DNA of 64,000 nucleotides from an uncultured Campylobacter sp. (GTDB lineage Bacteria; Campylobacterota; Campylobacteria; Campylobacterales; Campylobacteraceae): NCBI GenBank assembly GCA_900539255.1, contig UQBJ01000003.1, positions 22,058 to 86,057 of the forward strand, read 5' to 3'. Shown piece by piece: positions 34,811 to 44,969 of this stretch (position 1 is its first letter; each line of letters starts with the position of its first letter). The notes under the pieces were generated by a model. It saw only the letters and a program-made list of their open reading frames with translations, ran no database searches and was not told where the DNA came from. The position numbers and the translations under genes were made by a program.

Positions 34811-36712
34811 CTAATACTTACCCTCGATATAGCTTTTGAGCTTGCGTCCTACTTTTGGGTGTTTGAGCTTTTTTATCGCTGAGCTTTCGATTTGACGGAC
34901 GCGTTCGCGGGTTACATTTAACTCTTTGCCGATTTCTTCAAGCGTTCTGTCGCTTTCATCGGGCATAAGCCCAAAGCGCATTTCTATGACGGCTTTTTCT
35001 CTGTCGCTGAGCTGGTCTAAAACCTCGCTAATTTGGTCTTTTAAGTCCTCTCGCAAGATATGGTCCATAGGCGAGAGTGAGCCTCTGTCCTCGACAAAAT
35101 CCCCGAATTTACCATCATCTTCGCTGCCTATGGGCGCTTCAAGTGAAATCGGCTCTTTGGTAATCTTTATCACTTGTTTTATCTTATCCACGCTCAACCC
35201 TACTTCGCGCGCTATGTAGGCTACATCGGGTTCTTTGCCGTATTTTTGTATGTGTTCGCGCACGATTTTGTTGATTTGGTTTATCGTTTCTATCATATGA
35301 ATCGGTATGCGTATGGTGCGCGCTTGGTCAGCTATGGCGCGGCTTATGGCTTGGCGAATCCACCAAGTCGCGTAAGTGGAGAATTTATAACCCCTTTTAT
35401 ACTCAAATTTATCCACAGCTTTCATCAGCCCTATGTTGCCCTCTTGGATTAAGTCCAAAAAAGGCAAGCCGCGGTTGGTGTAGCGTTTGGCGATACTCAC
35501 CACAAGGCGCAAATTTGACTTTGCCATTCGGCTTTTTGCCGCATCTGAAATTCTCTTGCCCCGTTTTATCTGCTCTAAAATTTCTTTTAGCCTGTCTTTT
35601 TCCAAATCAAAGCCCGTTTTGCTCGCCTCTTTGGTTTGAAAAAGTTTTTTGATGTCCATATAAGTGCTTACCATAGTGGTTTCAAGGCATAGCTCTGTGA
35701 TTTCTTCTTTGCTGAGCTTTGTTATGTTTTCCAAAATCTGCTTGTGGCGGGATTTTAGCTCATCGCTAAACATAGGCAAGCGGTATTCTAGGCGTTTAAG
35801 CTCTTTTGCAAACTCATCATCGCTTTTTAAGGCTGTTTCCATTGATTTAACTATCTCTGTGATGAGCTTTGAAGTGGGTCCAAGGTCCATCAGCTTGCCT
35901 TTGAGTATGTTTTTCTTAAAGGCGATGATGAGTTTGTTTAAAAGCTCGTTGTTTTCGATTTCTTTGTAGTTTTCTGTGGTGCGTAGCCACTCTTTTTTGG
36001 CTTTTTCAAGCGCCTTAAATTTTTCGATAACCTTTTTGGTGCGCTCGTCATTTCTTCTGCGTGGGAGTTTTTTGGGCTTTTCAGCCTTAACGCCATCGCC
36101 GTCCTCGTTTAGTTCTAGTTCTTCTTCGTTTTCTTCTTCATCAAGGGCGATTTCTATCTCGTCAAATTTTTCATCGCTTTTTTCCTCATCATCAAAACTT
36201 TTGAAAAGCTCTTTTACTCGGCGTTCGCGGTTGATGAGCGGCTCGCGGTAATCAAGTATAAAGTCGATGAGATAAGGCACGGAGCAAAACGCATCTATCA
36301 TAATGTCCTCGCCAAGCTCGATTTGACGGGAGATGGTTACTTCTTCATCTTTGTTGAGTAGCGAAATTTGCCCCATTTCGCGCAGATACATACGCACGGG
36401 CGAGTCAGAACGCCCCCATTCTAAAATCTCACTCTCATTTGCTAAATCAAAATCCTTCTCTAAGCCCGTATCTTGCAGCTTTTGCTTTTCTTGCTCGCGC
36501 TGTTTAGCTTCGGCGAAATTTTTCATTTTAGCTATTTCTGCTGACGAGCAAATCTCTACTTTATGCCTTTTGGCTAGGGATTCGATTTTTTTAGCGACAT
36601 TAACGCCGGGCACTTTGGATAAAAATTTAACGATTTTCTCGTGAGTAGCGTAGCCTTTGGCGTTGGTTTTAAAGTATTCTTCAAGCTCTTTTTCGGATTT
36701 TTTACTTATCAT
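34811..36712 (-). CDS. rpoD: RNA polymerase sigma-70 factor RpoD
   Basis: 633 aa with regions 1.2 through 4 and an acidic region 1.1 (the E/D-rich stretch). It has the region 2 motif [17 protein letters not shown]. Confidence 0.95.
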   Translation of the reverse strand: MISKKSEKELEEYFKTNAKGYATHEKIVKFLSKVPGVNVAKKIESLAKRHKVEICSSAEIAKMKNFAEAKQREQEKQKLQDTGLEKDFDLANESEILEWGRSDSPVRMYLREMGQISLLNKDEEVTISRQIELGEDIMIDAFCSVPYLIDFILDYREPLINRERRVKELFKSFDDEEKSDEKFDEIEIALDEEENEEELELNEDGDGVKAEKPKKLPRRRNDERTKKVIEKFKALEKAKKEWLRTTENYKEIENNELLNKLIIAFKKNILKGKLMDLGPTSKLITEIVKSMETALKSDDEFAKELKRLEYRLPMFSDELKSRHKQILENITKLSKEEITELCLETTMVSTYMDIKKLFQTKEASKTGFDLEKDRLKEILEQIKRGKRISDAAKSRMAKSNLRLVVSIAKRYTNRGLPFLDLIQEGNIGLMKAVDKFEYKRGYKFSTYATWWIRQAISRAIADQARTIRIPIHMIETINQINKIVREHIQKYGKEPDVAYIAREVGLSVDKIKQVIKITKEPISLEAPIGSEDDGKFGDFVEDRGSLSPMDHILREDLKDQISEVLDQLSDREKAVIEMRFGLMPDESDRTLEEIGKELNVTRERVRQIESSAIKKLKHPKVGRKLKSYIEGKY

Positions 36713-36859
36713 CTTTGCGTCCTTGTAATGAGTTTTGAATTTGACATTGTAGCACTTTTTGTTTGAAAGTTTGTTAATTTTAAAGAAAATTTATAAAAAT
36801 TTGCAAATTTTGGGCTAAAAATTTAAAAATTCACATTTTCAAAGATAAATTTCGCAAAG

Positions 36860-39109
36860 TTATGGCTGTAAAACGCGGTAGTTAAGCTGCAAATTGTCAA
36901 GTTTTTGGTATTTTTGCAAGAATTCAGCCTTGTTTTTGGGGAGTTCAAAGGTTTCGTTTAATTGCGTTATAAAGCCATTTTTAAGCGTGTATTTGTAGCC
37001 AAATGCTGAATTTGCAGGGTAAATTCCACTCTCATCAAGCCAAAGCTCTGAATTTACCGCAAAATTATAACCTTTTAGCGCATTTTTATCAAAAAGGTTG
37101 CGCCCGCCAAGCGTGAGAAAATCATACTCGTTTAAACTCAGTGCGTAAAGGGTTGGAAAAATGTCCTTGTGAGAGCCTATTGTAGCAGGATTAAAGGCAA
37201 AGCCGTTTTTGTCAAAGTCCTTTGTGTAAGCACTTGGCACATACAAGTAAAACGGCACGGCGTGATTTAATGGCGTGTTTTCAAAGGCTATCAAATCTCT
37301 ATTTTTGTGGTCGCCGCTAGCAGCGATAATGGTAGAGTTTTTAAGCTCGCTGTGCTTAATAGAGCCGATAAATTCGCCAAAGGCATTGTTAGAATAAGCG
37401 AAAATTTCAGCACTTGCGCGAGTTTTTTGGGCATTGTTGTGCTTAAAAAAGTGCATTTTGTCCTTAAAGTCAAATTTTGGCGCGCTAAAATGCTCGGGCA
37501 AACTTGGGTAAGGCGGGTGATTTGAAGTCGTAAGAATAGCTATAAATGTGGGCTTTGTCGCCTTTTGCAGCAATTCAAAAGCGAATTTATAGGCAAATTC
37601 ATCAAGCACGCCGTAGATATTAGCGTTTTGCTTGCTTTGTGGATAGCGCGACATAAGGAAATTGCTATCATATACCGCATCAGCACCTAGCGTAGTAGCG
37701 TAATCGCCGAAATTTTGCCACGAGCGATTGCCAGAAGTAATGTAAATCACTTCATATCCAGCATTTTTATACACCGCAAAGGGCGTGAGTGCGAGCTTTT
37801 TGTCCTTTGCTAAACCAAGAGATATGTTAGCATTAGGGCTTAAAAAGAAAAGTGAGGCGAAACTGCCTGCTGTGCCGTTAGTTGATGATAAAAAATTCAT
37901 AAAAACAAAGTCATTTTGGGGTTTTGATGAGTTTTGCACCACTTTGCCCGCTTCAAAATGTGCCCGAAAGCCCATAAGCAAGTCAAAATTTAAGGCATTG
38001 TCAAGGGAAAGCATATTTGTGCCAAGACTTTCCATAAGCACGACAACGACATTTGGGCTTTTGCTTATACTTTTTTGGCTGTTGTGCTGAAATACAGGGA
38101 AAAGTTCGCTTTGTAAGGCTTCAAATTCATCTAAATTCACGGCTTGAAAGCTGTCTTGCTCTTTGTAATGGCTTAAAGCCCACGAAAAAGCGATGATAGG
38201 ATTTGTGCTGATATGGTTTATCAAGGCATTTGCGGCTATGTGATGCTCATCTTCACGCAAAGGAAAAGTGCCAACACTACCACGAATGCCTATAAAAACG
38301 AGCGCGATAAGGGTTAAATTCAGCACAAAGGACACCAAAGGGTCGAATTTTGTTTTAGCTTGATTTGCGCGTGGCTTGCTTGAATTTAGCTTAAATTGAG
38401 CGGAGTTTTTGCCCATAAAATGAGAATTTAAAATTCTCTTTGAAAGCTGCAAATAAAGCCACGCAAAGCAAGTGCTAGCTAGCAAGATGATTAAGACAGG
38501 GTAATCTTGCCACATTATCTTTAAGATAGCTGCGGTGTCATCGTCCTTTAAGCCAAAGATAAAAATGTCGATTTTGGTGTGATAAGTGCGAAAATAATAA
38601 AAATTCACAAAGGCACTTAAAGCAAAAACAAAGCTTGATAAAGTGGCGAAAAAGAGCGTGAATTTGTAGATAAATTTGTCAAATTTGAGACAAAAATTTA
38701 AGAAAAAATCATTTTTGCCTAAATTCTTTTTATCAAATGCCCCCCCCCCTGCCGTCATTTTGAGCCTTACCTTAAAAAGCATTTTGCTAAAAAGCGCAAG
38801 GTAGCCAAGCAGCATTATCAAGGCTATCACAACGCACACGGCGCGCATATCAAGGCGAAAGCCCATTATAAACATAGCCAAAAGCTCTTTTTTGAGCGGT
38901 GCAAACTCATCAAAATTTGTATAAGCGAGTAAAAATCGTTGCAAAAAATAACAAATTTCGCCCAAAAGTCCAAGCACCAAGCCTAAAACAATGAAATTTT
39001 TATAGCAGTGAAAATTTTCGCTCATTGAGCAAAAAGCAAGGCTTTGTCCAGCTGAATTCTCATCAAATTTTTTCGCCAAAATGAAACTCCGTTTTAAATT
39101 TAAAGCCAA
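36860..39109 (-). CDS. Sulfatase/LtaS-family integral membrane protein (phosphoglycerol/phosphoethanolamine-transferase-like), contains in-frame G10 tract
   Basis: 749 aa with N-terminal multi-TM segments and a C-terminal alkaline-phosphatase-superfamily domain (VVVVLMESLG...SNHPPY). The start may be an internal Met. Confidence 0.7.
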   Translation of the reverse strand: MALNLKRSFILAKKFDENSAGQSLAFCSMSENFHCYKNFIVLGLVLGLLGEICYFLQRFLLAYTNFDEFAPLKKELLAMFIMGFRLDMRAVCVVIALIMLLGYLALFSKMLFKVRLKMTAGGGAFDKKNLGKNDFFLNFCLKFDKFIYKFTLFFATLSSFVFALSAFVNFYYFRTYHTKIDIFIFGLKDDDTAAILKIMWQDYPVLIILLASTCFAWLYLQLSKRILNSHFMGKNSAQFKLNSSKPRANQAKTKFDPLVSFVLNLTLIALVFIGIRGSVGTFPLREDEHHIAANALINHISTNPIIAFSWALSHYKEQDSFQAVNLDEFEALQSELFPVFQHNSQKSISKSPNVVVVLMESLGTNMLSLDNALNFDLLMGFRAHFEAGKVVQNSSKPQNDFVFMNFLSSTNGTAGSFASLFFLSPNANISLGLAKDKKLALTPFAVYKNAGYEVIYITSGNRSWQNFGDYATTLGADAVYDSNFLMSRYPQSKQNANIYGVLDEFAYKFAFELLQKATKPTFIAILTTSNHPPYPSLPEHFSAPKFDFKDKMHFFKHNNAQKTRASAEIFAYSNNAFGEFIGSIKHSELKNSTIIAASGDHKNRDLIAFENTPLNHAVPFYLYVPSAYTKDFDKNGFAFNPATIGSHKDIFPTLYALSLNEYDFLTLGGRNLFDKNALKGYNFAVNSELWLDESGIYPANSAFGYKYTLKNGFITQLNETFELPKNKAEFLQKYQKLDNLQLNYRVLQP
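38740..38749 (-). repeat. Homopolymeric G10 tract within coding sequence (candidate phase-variation switch)
   Basis: The plus strand is C10. The minus strand reads ATG ACG GCA GGG GGG GGG GCA, encoding ..MTAGGGAFDKK... (residue ~120 of 749). It is in frame ON at length 10. Confidence 0.8.
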
Positions 39110-39181
39110 AAGTATAGCACAAATTTAAAATTCAACGCCATTTTAGGCAAAATTTTTGAAAAAATCTCAAATTTCAAAAAG

Positions 39182-39198
39182 TTGGAACACTCTTTGCT
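39182..39198 (+). promoter_or_regulatory. sigma54 (RpoN) promoter for flgG2-flgG
   Basis: TTGGAAC-actct-TTGCTT with GG at 39184-85 and GC at 39196-97. It lies ~37 nt upstream of the flgG2 ATG. Confidence 0.75.
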
Positions 39199-39234
39199 TG
39201 TGTATAATTACCAAAAATTAAGGGGAAAGCAAGT

Positions 39235-40050
39235 ATGCAAAACGGATATTATCAAGCCACAGGTGGTATGGTTACGCAGTTTAACCGACTTGAAGTTATC
39301 ACCAACAACCTTGCTAATGTCAATACAAGCGGCTTTAAGCGCGATGATGTCGTCATAGGCGACTTTAAGCGCGTGTATCGCGAAGTGCAGGACATTTTGC
39401 CCATAGAAAACCACACAAGAGCGGCGTCAAGGTTCGTAAATTCGAGCATTGACAGAGTGCCACAAGTGAGTCAAACCTTTACGCACTTTGGCACGGGTGT
39501 GATAAAAACCACTGAAAATCCGCTAGATTTAGCTATGGTGCGAGATGATACCTTTTATTTGGTGCGCACAAAAGACGGCGAGATAAGGCTCACAAAGGAC
39601 GGCAACTTTCAGCTTAACGATGAGGGCGTGCTTGTCAATAAACAAGGCTACCAAGTGCTAAGCAGTGCTTACTTTGACAACCCAGAAGCAGACGCGATAC
39701 TTGTGCCAGAAGGCTCTGTTTTCATCAATGTCGATAGAGACGGCAACATACAAGCAGACAACAACCCCATAGCAAGACTTTTCATCGCGCAAGTCGATGA
39801 TATAAGGTTTTTAGAAAAAGACGGCGATAACACTTATCGCATTAACGATTTGACGAAAATCAGGGATTTAGACAGCTCAAATGCCGTCCGTCAAGGCTTT
39901 ACTCAACTTTCAAATGTCAATCCTGTCGTGGAGATGACTTCGCTCATCGAAACGCACAGAATGCTTGAAATGTATCAAAAAGTGATGACTTCGCATATGG
40001 ACGACTTAAATCAAGAGGCGATTAACAAGCTCGCCAGCATTAACGCATAA
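39235..40050 (+). CDS. flgG2: Flagellar basal-body rod protein (FlgG2/FlgF-like)
   Basis: 271 aa with rod N- and C-terminal heptad motifs (NNLANVNTSGFKRD). Confidence 0.85.
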   Translation: MQNGYYQATGGMVTQFNRLEVITNNLANVNTSGFKRDDVVIGDFKRVYREVQDILPIENHTRAASRFVNSSIDRVPQVSQTFTHFGTGVIKTTENPLDLAMVRDDTFYLVRTKDGEIRLTKDGNFQLNDEGVLVNKQGYQVLSSAYFDNPEADAILVPEGSVFINVDRDGNIQADNNPIARLFIAQVDDIRFLEKDGDNTYRINDLTKIRDLDSSNAVRQGFTQLSNVNPVVEMTSLIETHRMLEMYQKVMTSHMDDLNQEAINKLASINA

Positions 40051-40060
40051 AGGATAAACG

Positions 40061-40852
40061 ATGATTCGTTCGCTTCACACCGCAGCTACGGGAATGATAG
40101 CCCAGCAAAAGCAAGTCGATACGGTTTCAAATAACATATCAAATGTCAATACCGTGGGCTTTAAGAAATCTCGCGTTGAATTTGCGGATTTGTTTTATCA
40201 AGTGATGAAATACGCAGGCACTTCGACATCAGCCACTACCACGCACCCCACAGGCATCGAGGTAGGGCTTGGCGTGCGCCCAACAGCGGTAACAAAGATA
40301 TTTGACGAGGGTTCTTACAAATACACAAGCACGGACAACTTCGATGTAGCCATTCGTGGCAAGGGCTTTTTCCAAATCCAAATGCCCGATGGCACGACAG
40401 CCTACACGAGAAATGGCGAATTCACCAAAGACAGCGAGGGCAATGTCGTCAATGCTGATGGCTACTATCTTTTGCCCCAAATCACTATCCCAGAAGGCAC
40501 AGTGGCTATCAGCATAGCTTATGACGGCACGGTGAGCGTGCAGCTTGCGGGCGAGACAAACGAAACGCAAATCGGGCAAATCGAGCTTGTGAATTTCATC
40601 AACCCCGCAGGCTTGCACTCTTTTGGCGATAACTTGTTTTTAGAAACAGGCGCAAGCGGCGCACCTGTGGCGGGCATAGCAGGGCAAGACGGCTTGGGCG
40701 ACATAAGGCACGGCTTTGTGGAGACAAGCAATGTCCAGCTTGTCGAGGAAATGACGGACTTAATCACAGGGCAAAGGGCTTATGAAGCAGGCTCAAAGGC
40801 TATCACAACAAGCGATGATATGCTTTCTATCGTCAATCAACTCAAACGCTAA
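40061..40852 (+). CDS. flgG: Flagellar distal rod protein FlgG
   Basis: 263 aa with the FlgG motif (SNNISNVNTVGFKKSR) and a conserved C-terminal domain. Confidence 0.9.
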   Translation: MIRSLHTAATGMIAQQKQVDTVSNNISNVNTVGFKKSRVEFADLFYQVMKYAGTSTSATTTHPTGIEVGLGVRPTAVTKIFDEGSYKYTSTDNFDVAIRGKGFFQIQMPDGTTAYTRNGEFTKDSEGNVVNADGYYLLPQITIPEGTVAISIAYDGTVSVQLAGETNETQIGQIELVNFINPAGLHSFGDNLFLETGASGAPVAGIAGQDGLGDIRHGFVETSNVQLVEEMTDLITGQRAYEAGSKAITTSDDMLSIVNQLKR

Positions 40853-41263
40853 ATTTTGAGCTGAATTTAAGGATTTAAGCTGCGTTTTGGCTTAAAGTTG
40901 GGCAAGTAAATGCCGTGCAAAGCTAAATTTGCTCGGCATTTAAGGCTTGCAAGCGTTTTGTGAGCGCTTTAAATTTACGCAAATTTTACTCGCCCTTGCA
41001 AAAATTTAGTTAAAATTCAGCAAAAACACAATCAAACAAAATTTAAAAAAACGCACTAAAAATTTTCAGCTAGCAAAAGCGCAAATTCAGCCACACTCAA
41101 TTTTCGGCAAACAAAAAATCATAAATTTAACTACGCTCATTTTTCAGCGAACAAAAAGCATAAATTCAAGCAACTCAAATCAAACAAATTTTTTAAAGCA
41201 CGCAAAAAACGGCAAAAAGCGCAAGAAATTTAAATTCAGCAAGACAAATTTTAAAAATCAATT

Positions 41264-41998
41264 TTAAGAAAAATCAAACATATTTAAAAATTTCTTTGCT
41301 CTGTCGGTTTTGGGTGAGCTAAAAAACTCATCAGGCTTTGAAATCTCCACGATTTGCCCATCGTCCATAAAGACAACTCTGTCCGCAACTGAGCGCGCAA
41401 AGCCCATTTCGTGCGTAACGATGAGCATAGTCATACCCTCGCGCGCTAAATTCAGCATCACATCAAGCACTTCACGCACGATTTCAGGGTCAAGCGCAGC
41501 CGTTACTTCATCAAAAAGCATTAAATCAGGGTTCATACAAAGGCTTCGCACTATGGCTATGCGTTGCTTTTGCCCACCGCTTAACTCTTTGGGATAAGCG
41601 TGAATTTTGTGCGCTAAACCAACCTTTTCAAGCCAAAATTTCGCCTCTTTTAAAACCTCATCTTTTGGGCGCGCTTGCGCTTTCATCGGGGCTAAAAGTA
41701 TGTTTTCCTCGACACTTAAATGCTCAAAAAGCTCGTAGGATTGAAACACCATACCCACTTTTTGACGAATTTTTATCCACTCTTTAAAGTCCTTGTCAAT
41801 TTTCGTGCCGTCTATGTAAATAGCCCCACTTGCAATGCTTTCAAGCCCGTTTATGCAACGCAAAAGCGTGGATTTACCGCACCCGCTTGGTCCTAAAATC
41901 ACCACAACCTCGCTTTTTGCAACCTCCAAATTTATGTCTTTTAGCACCTCGTGCGTGCCGTAGAATTTGCGTAAGTGTTCTAGCTTTAAGATACTCAT
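41264..41998 (-). CDS. Polar amino-acid ABC transporter ATP-binding protein
   Basis: 244 aa with Walker [10 protein letters not shown], signature LSGGQKQR, Walker B LMLFDE and an H-loop. Confidence 0.9.
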   Translation of the reverse strand: MSILKLEHLRKFYGTHEVLKDINLEVAKSEVVVILGPSGCGKSTLLRCINGLESIASGAIYIDGTKIDKDFKEWIKIRQKVGMVFQSYELFEHLSVEENILLAPMKAQARPKDEVLKEAKFWLEKVGLAHKIHAYPKELSGGQKQRIAIVRSLCMNPDLMLFDEVTAALDPEIVREVLDVMLNLAREGMTMLIVTHEMGFARSVADRVVFMDDGQIVEISKPDEFFSSPKTDRAKKFLNMFDFS

Positions 41999-41999
41999 T

Positions 42000-42677
42000 T
42001 TACCCCCATTTTAGCTCTAATTTCTTTGAGATTACCGACAGCGGATAGCACAAGATAAAATACACAAAAAAGATAAGCCCATACACCGCAAAGGGCGCAA
42101 GCGTTTCTTTGTGGTGCAGCTCGATGATTTGCTGTCCTACCTTGACAAGCTCCACAGCGCCGATGAGAAAGGCGAAAGTGGTGCTTTTTATCATTCTTGT
42201 GAGTAAATTTATGCTCGCTGGCGTGAGACGGCGTGCGGCTTGTGGAATGATGACATAAAGATAAACTTGCCACCATTCCAGCCCCAAGCTCGCAGCGGTC
42301 TCAAACTGGTGCTTTGGTATGCTAGCAAGCGCGCCACGCACTAAATCCATCATCTCAAACACACCCCAAATGCTAAACACCACGATAGACGCGCTCACAG
42401 CTGACAAATTTAGCCCAAACCACCGCGATAAGCCAAAATACATAACAAAAAGCCACACTATCAAAGGCATAACGCGGACAAATTCAAGGCAAAAGCGACA
42501 AAAGGCGTAAGTGAGCGGATTTTTAAGGCTCATCAAAACGCCCATAAAAAGCCCTCCAAAAGATGACACAACTATGGCGACAACCGAAATTTCAAGGCTT
42601 ATGTAAAGTCCGTTTAAAAGCCGTAGCCAAGTATTAGGCTCTGCAAAAATCTCAACCATAGGCAAACCTTTTTTCAA
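42000..42677 (-). CDS. Amino-acid ABC transporter permease
   Basis: 225 aa with 5 TM segments and the EAA-like loop of the HisM/GlnP family. Confidence 0.85.
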   Translation of the reverse strand: MKKGLPMVEIFAEPNTWLRLLNGLYISLEISVVAIVVSSFGGLFMGVLMSLKNPLTYAFCRFCLEFVRVMPLIVWLFVMYFGLSRWFGLNLSAVSASIVVFSIWGVFEMMDLVRGALASIPKHQFETAASLGLEWWQVYLYVIIPQAARRLTPASINLLTRMIKSTTFAFLIGAVELVKVGQQIIELHHKETLAPFAVYGLIFFVYFILCYPLSVISKKLELKWG

Positions 42678-43299
42678 GGCGACTCAAAAAAAGAGACAAC
42701 GGTAAGATGATGATAAGATAGCTCATAAAAAGCATAAAAAGCAGCTCGTCCGTTTTGTAAGTGAGTGAATTTATGCTCGTCATCGTTTGCACCAAGTCAG
42801 GCAGGGCGATGATGCTCACCACAGAAGTTTCTTTAAACAAAAAAATCGCATTTGCGCTAATGCTAGGCATCGCCACGCCCAAAGCTTGTGGCAAGATGAC
42901 AAAGCGAAAGTTTTGCCACTCGTTAAGTCCTAGCGACAAGCCCGCTTCAAATTGCTGTTTTTTCACCGCTTCAATGCCTGCGCGCAAACTCTCAGCCATA
43001 TACGAGCCGCCCAAGAACGAAAGTCCCACAACAGCGCACTCAAAAGAGCTTAAATTCACGCCAAGCCGCCCCAAGCCATAGTAAAGGAAAAAAAGTTGTA
43101 TCAGCAAGGGCGTGTTGCGCGAAAGCTCTATGTAAGCCTTGCAGAGCTTGTTTAGGGCGTTAAATTTAAAATAAGCAGCCAGCACGCAAGCTATGCCGAT
43201 AAGCAGCGAAAACAAAAGCCCTAGCGCAAAGACTTGCAAGGTGAGCAAGCCCGCTTTTGCAAAGGCTGGGGCGTAAGTGATGATGAAGTTAAAGTCCAT
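42652..43299 (-). CDS. Amino-acid ABC transporter permease
   Basis: 215 aa, HisQ/GlnP-like. It overlaps the downstream permease. Confidence 0.85.
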   Translation of the reverse strand: MDFNFIITYAPAFAKAGLLTLQVFALGLLFSLLIGIACVLAAYFKFNALNKLCKAYIELSRNTPLLIQLFFLYYGLGRLGVNLSSFECAVVGLSFLGGSYMAESLRAGIEAVKKQQFEAGLSLGLNEWQNFRFVILPQALGVAMPSISANAIFLFKETSVVSIIALPDLVQTMTSINSLTYKTDELLFMLFMSYLIIILPLSLFLSRLEKRFAYG

Positions 43300-43467
43300 T
43301 TCGCTGTGTCCTTTTGGGCGTTTGATGATAAGCGCTTTTGCTTTTAAAGTGTCATTATATCTTAAATTTATCTTTGATTTGTAAATTTTTGGGGCAAAAT
43401 GCGTTTTGTTGAATTTTCGCTTTTTTCAAAAAGCGTTGATGGCGAGTGCAAATTTTACTCACAAAAA

Positions 43468-43640
43468 CTTGAAATGACAAGCGTTTTAAACTATTAAAAA
43501 CTCTCAATCTTGTCATACTGAGCCTTTGGCGAAGTATCTCAAATTTAAAAAAGAGATTTTTCGCCTTTTTGCAAAGGCTCAAAATGACAGCGCGTGGATT
43601 TTCGCTTTGTGCTAACGCACTTTGCTCAAAATGATAAAAT
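43468..43640 (+). repeat. Dispersed imperfect-palindrome element, locus C (full copy 43508-43589 plus duplicated right arm 43595-43638)
   Basis: TTGTCATACTGAGC-ctttg-GCGAAGTATCtc ... TTTTTCGC-[cttt ttgc aaag]-GCTCAAAATGACA, then TGGATTTTCGC-[gtgc taac gcac]-GCTCAAAATGAtAA. The ORFs at 43355-43582 and 43594-43776 are artifacts of the element. Confidence 0.75.
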
Positions 43641-43668
43641 GCGCTGTCGTTGTGAATTTAGCGTGAAT

Positions 43669-44001
43669 TTAATGCTCATCAACAATGCTGGCGTGGTATT
43701 TGATATCTTCGGCTTTTATGTTATCTTGCAGGCTTTTTGGCACTTCGCCCTTGATATTTTTTATGTCCTCATCTAAATCCTGATACGAAAACACCATACT
43801 CACAGCACTCGTGTTTTTAAGGGCTTCAAGGGCTTTGTAGGCTTTAAGTTCATCGTTTAAATTCTCGCTTTCTATCAGCACGATGAGTTTTTCGCCCTCC
43901 ACAAGCTCCACAGAGCAATGCTCTATTTTCGCTATGTCCTCGCGCAAAGCCTGATGGTGCGCCTCTTTGGCGATGATTAAAACGCTTGATATGTTCATCA
44001 T
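43669..44001 (-). CDS. napD: NapD chaperone for periplasmic nitrate reductase
   Basis: 110 aa. The pattern ISSVLII...IVLIESEN...VSMVFSY matches the NapD ferredoxin-like fold. It is the last gene of the nap operon. Confidence 0.7.
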   Translation of the reverse strand: MMNISSVLIIAKEAHHQALREDIAKIEHCSVELVEGEKLIVLIESENLNDELKAYKALEALKNTSAVSMVFSYQDLDEDIKNIKGEVPKSLQDNIKAEDIKYHASIVDEH

Positions 44002-44969
44002 TTTCCTTTCGATAAACTCTTAAAAACAACGCTTTTTCCGCTGATAAGCGCGTAATTTTGCTCGTCTAAAAAGATGATGAATTTAGCGAAAAAATCGCCC
44101 TCATTCAGCAAAGCAAGGGTTTTCAAGTCCTTTGTGCTGATAAATTCAAGCGCGTTTTGTGAATTTGCCGCAAAGCTCGCAAAGGCTGCTGTGTCGCCAC
44201 TTGGGCTTAAAGCGCAGCTGTAAGTAAGAAAGTCTTTTTGCAAGAATTTTTGCTCGCCCTTTCGCACTATGCCGATACGCTTTTCCTTGCCACAGCTTAG
44301 CACCACGCCGCCTTTAAAATCCACTTGGTCTAGCGTGTCTTTGTTGATTTTGTCGTAGTTTGCTAAAAGCCGCCACGCCTTTGTGTCAAAAACTTGCAGT
44401 TCGCCACTTTCGCTCGCCACAAGCAAATTTTGCCTATCTTCGCTCAAAGCAGCGTCATTTAGGCTAGTAGTAGAAAACTGAAATTCCTTTTGCGTGACGT
44501 TTTGTGAATTTTGCCCGCTTGCAAAGCCGCTTAAATCCACAAGTTTTATCTCAGAGCTTAACAGCACAAAAAGCGCGGTGCGCTCATCAAGCAAAAAGGC
44601 TTTTTTGATATTTGCAAAGGGTGATTTTATGGTAGCGCAGTTTGCCTTTGCTTTGAGCGTTAAATTCTGGCACAAAGACACATTTTGCGAGCCAAAATCC
44701 CCCTCGCTTACAAGCAAAAAGGTGTTTTTTAGGCTATCAACGCTAAAAATTCGAGCTTTAAGCCCCTTTTCGTAGTGGTTTTGTATGTCGGGCAAGTGCC
44801 ATAAAAGCTGGGGCTTCTTGCTTTGCAAGTCAAGCCTTATCAGCTCGCCCTTGTCCGTGCCAAAAAGCAAGGCGTTTTGCTCGTGTTTAAAGGCGATGAT
44901 ATTAGCGTTGAATTCAAGCGCACTCGCGCAAGAAAACAACGCTAAAAAAAGGACAAAAGCCCTTATCAT
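43998..44969 (-). CDS. napL: NapL periplasmic protein (beta-propeller-like)
   Basis: 323 aa with a signal peptide. Called by its position between napB and napD, as in the Campylobacter napAGHBLD operon. Confidence 0.6.
   Translation of the reverse strand: MIRAFVLFLALFSCASALEFNANIIAFKHEQNALLFGTDKGELIRLDLQSKKPQLLWHLPDIQNHYEKGLKARIFSVDSLKNTFLLVSEGDFGSQNVSLCQNLTLKAKANCATIKSPFANIKKAFLLDERTALFVLLSSEIKLVDLSGFASGQNSQNVTQKEFQFSTTSLNDAALSEDRQNLLVASESGELQVFDTKAWRLLANYDKINKDTLDQVDFKGGVVLSCGKEKRIGIVRKGEQKFLQKDFLTYSCALSPSGDTAAFASFAANSQNALEFISTKDLKTLALLNEGDFFAKFIIFLDEQNYALISGKSVVFKSLSKGK

Noticed and set aside
35976-36644. Ser-rich ORFs 35976-36251 and 36333-36644 antisense to rpoD
   Set aside because: They are antisense readings of the acidic region of rpoD (GAA/GAT repeats become TTC/ATC). 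They have no start context.
40900-40940. Hairpin aaatgccg...cggcattt after flgG as a terminator
   Set aside because: The loop is ~18 nt with no T-tract. This is too weak to call.
43355-43776. ORFs 43355-43582 and 43594-43776
   Set aside because: They lie entirely within hairpin element C and its flanks. The palindromic sequence generates open frames on both strands.
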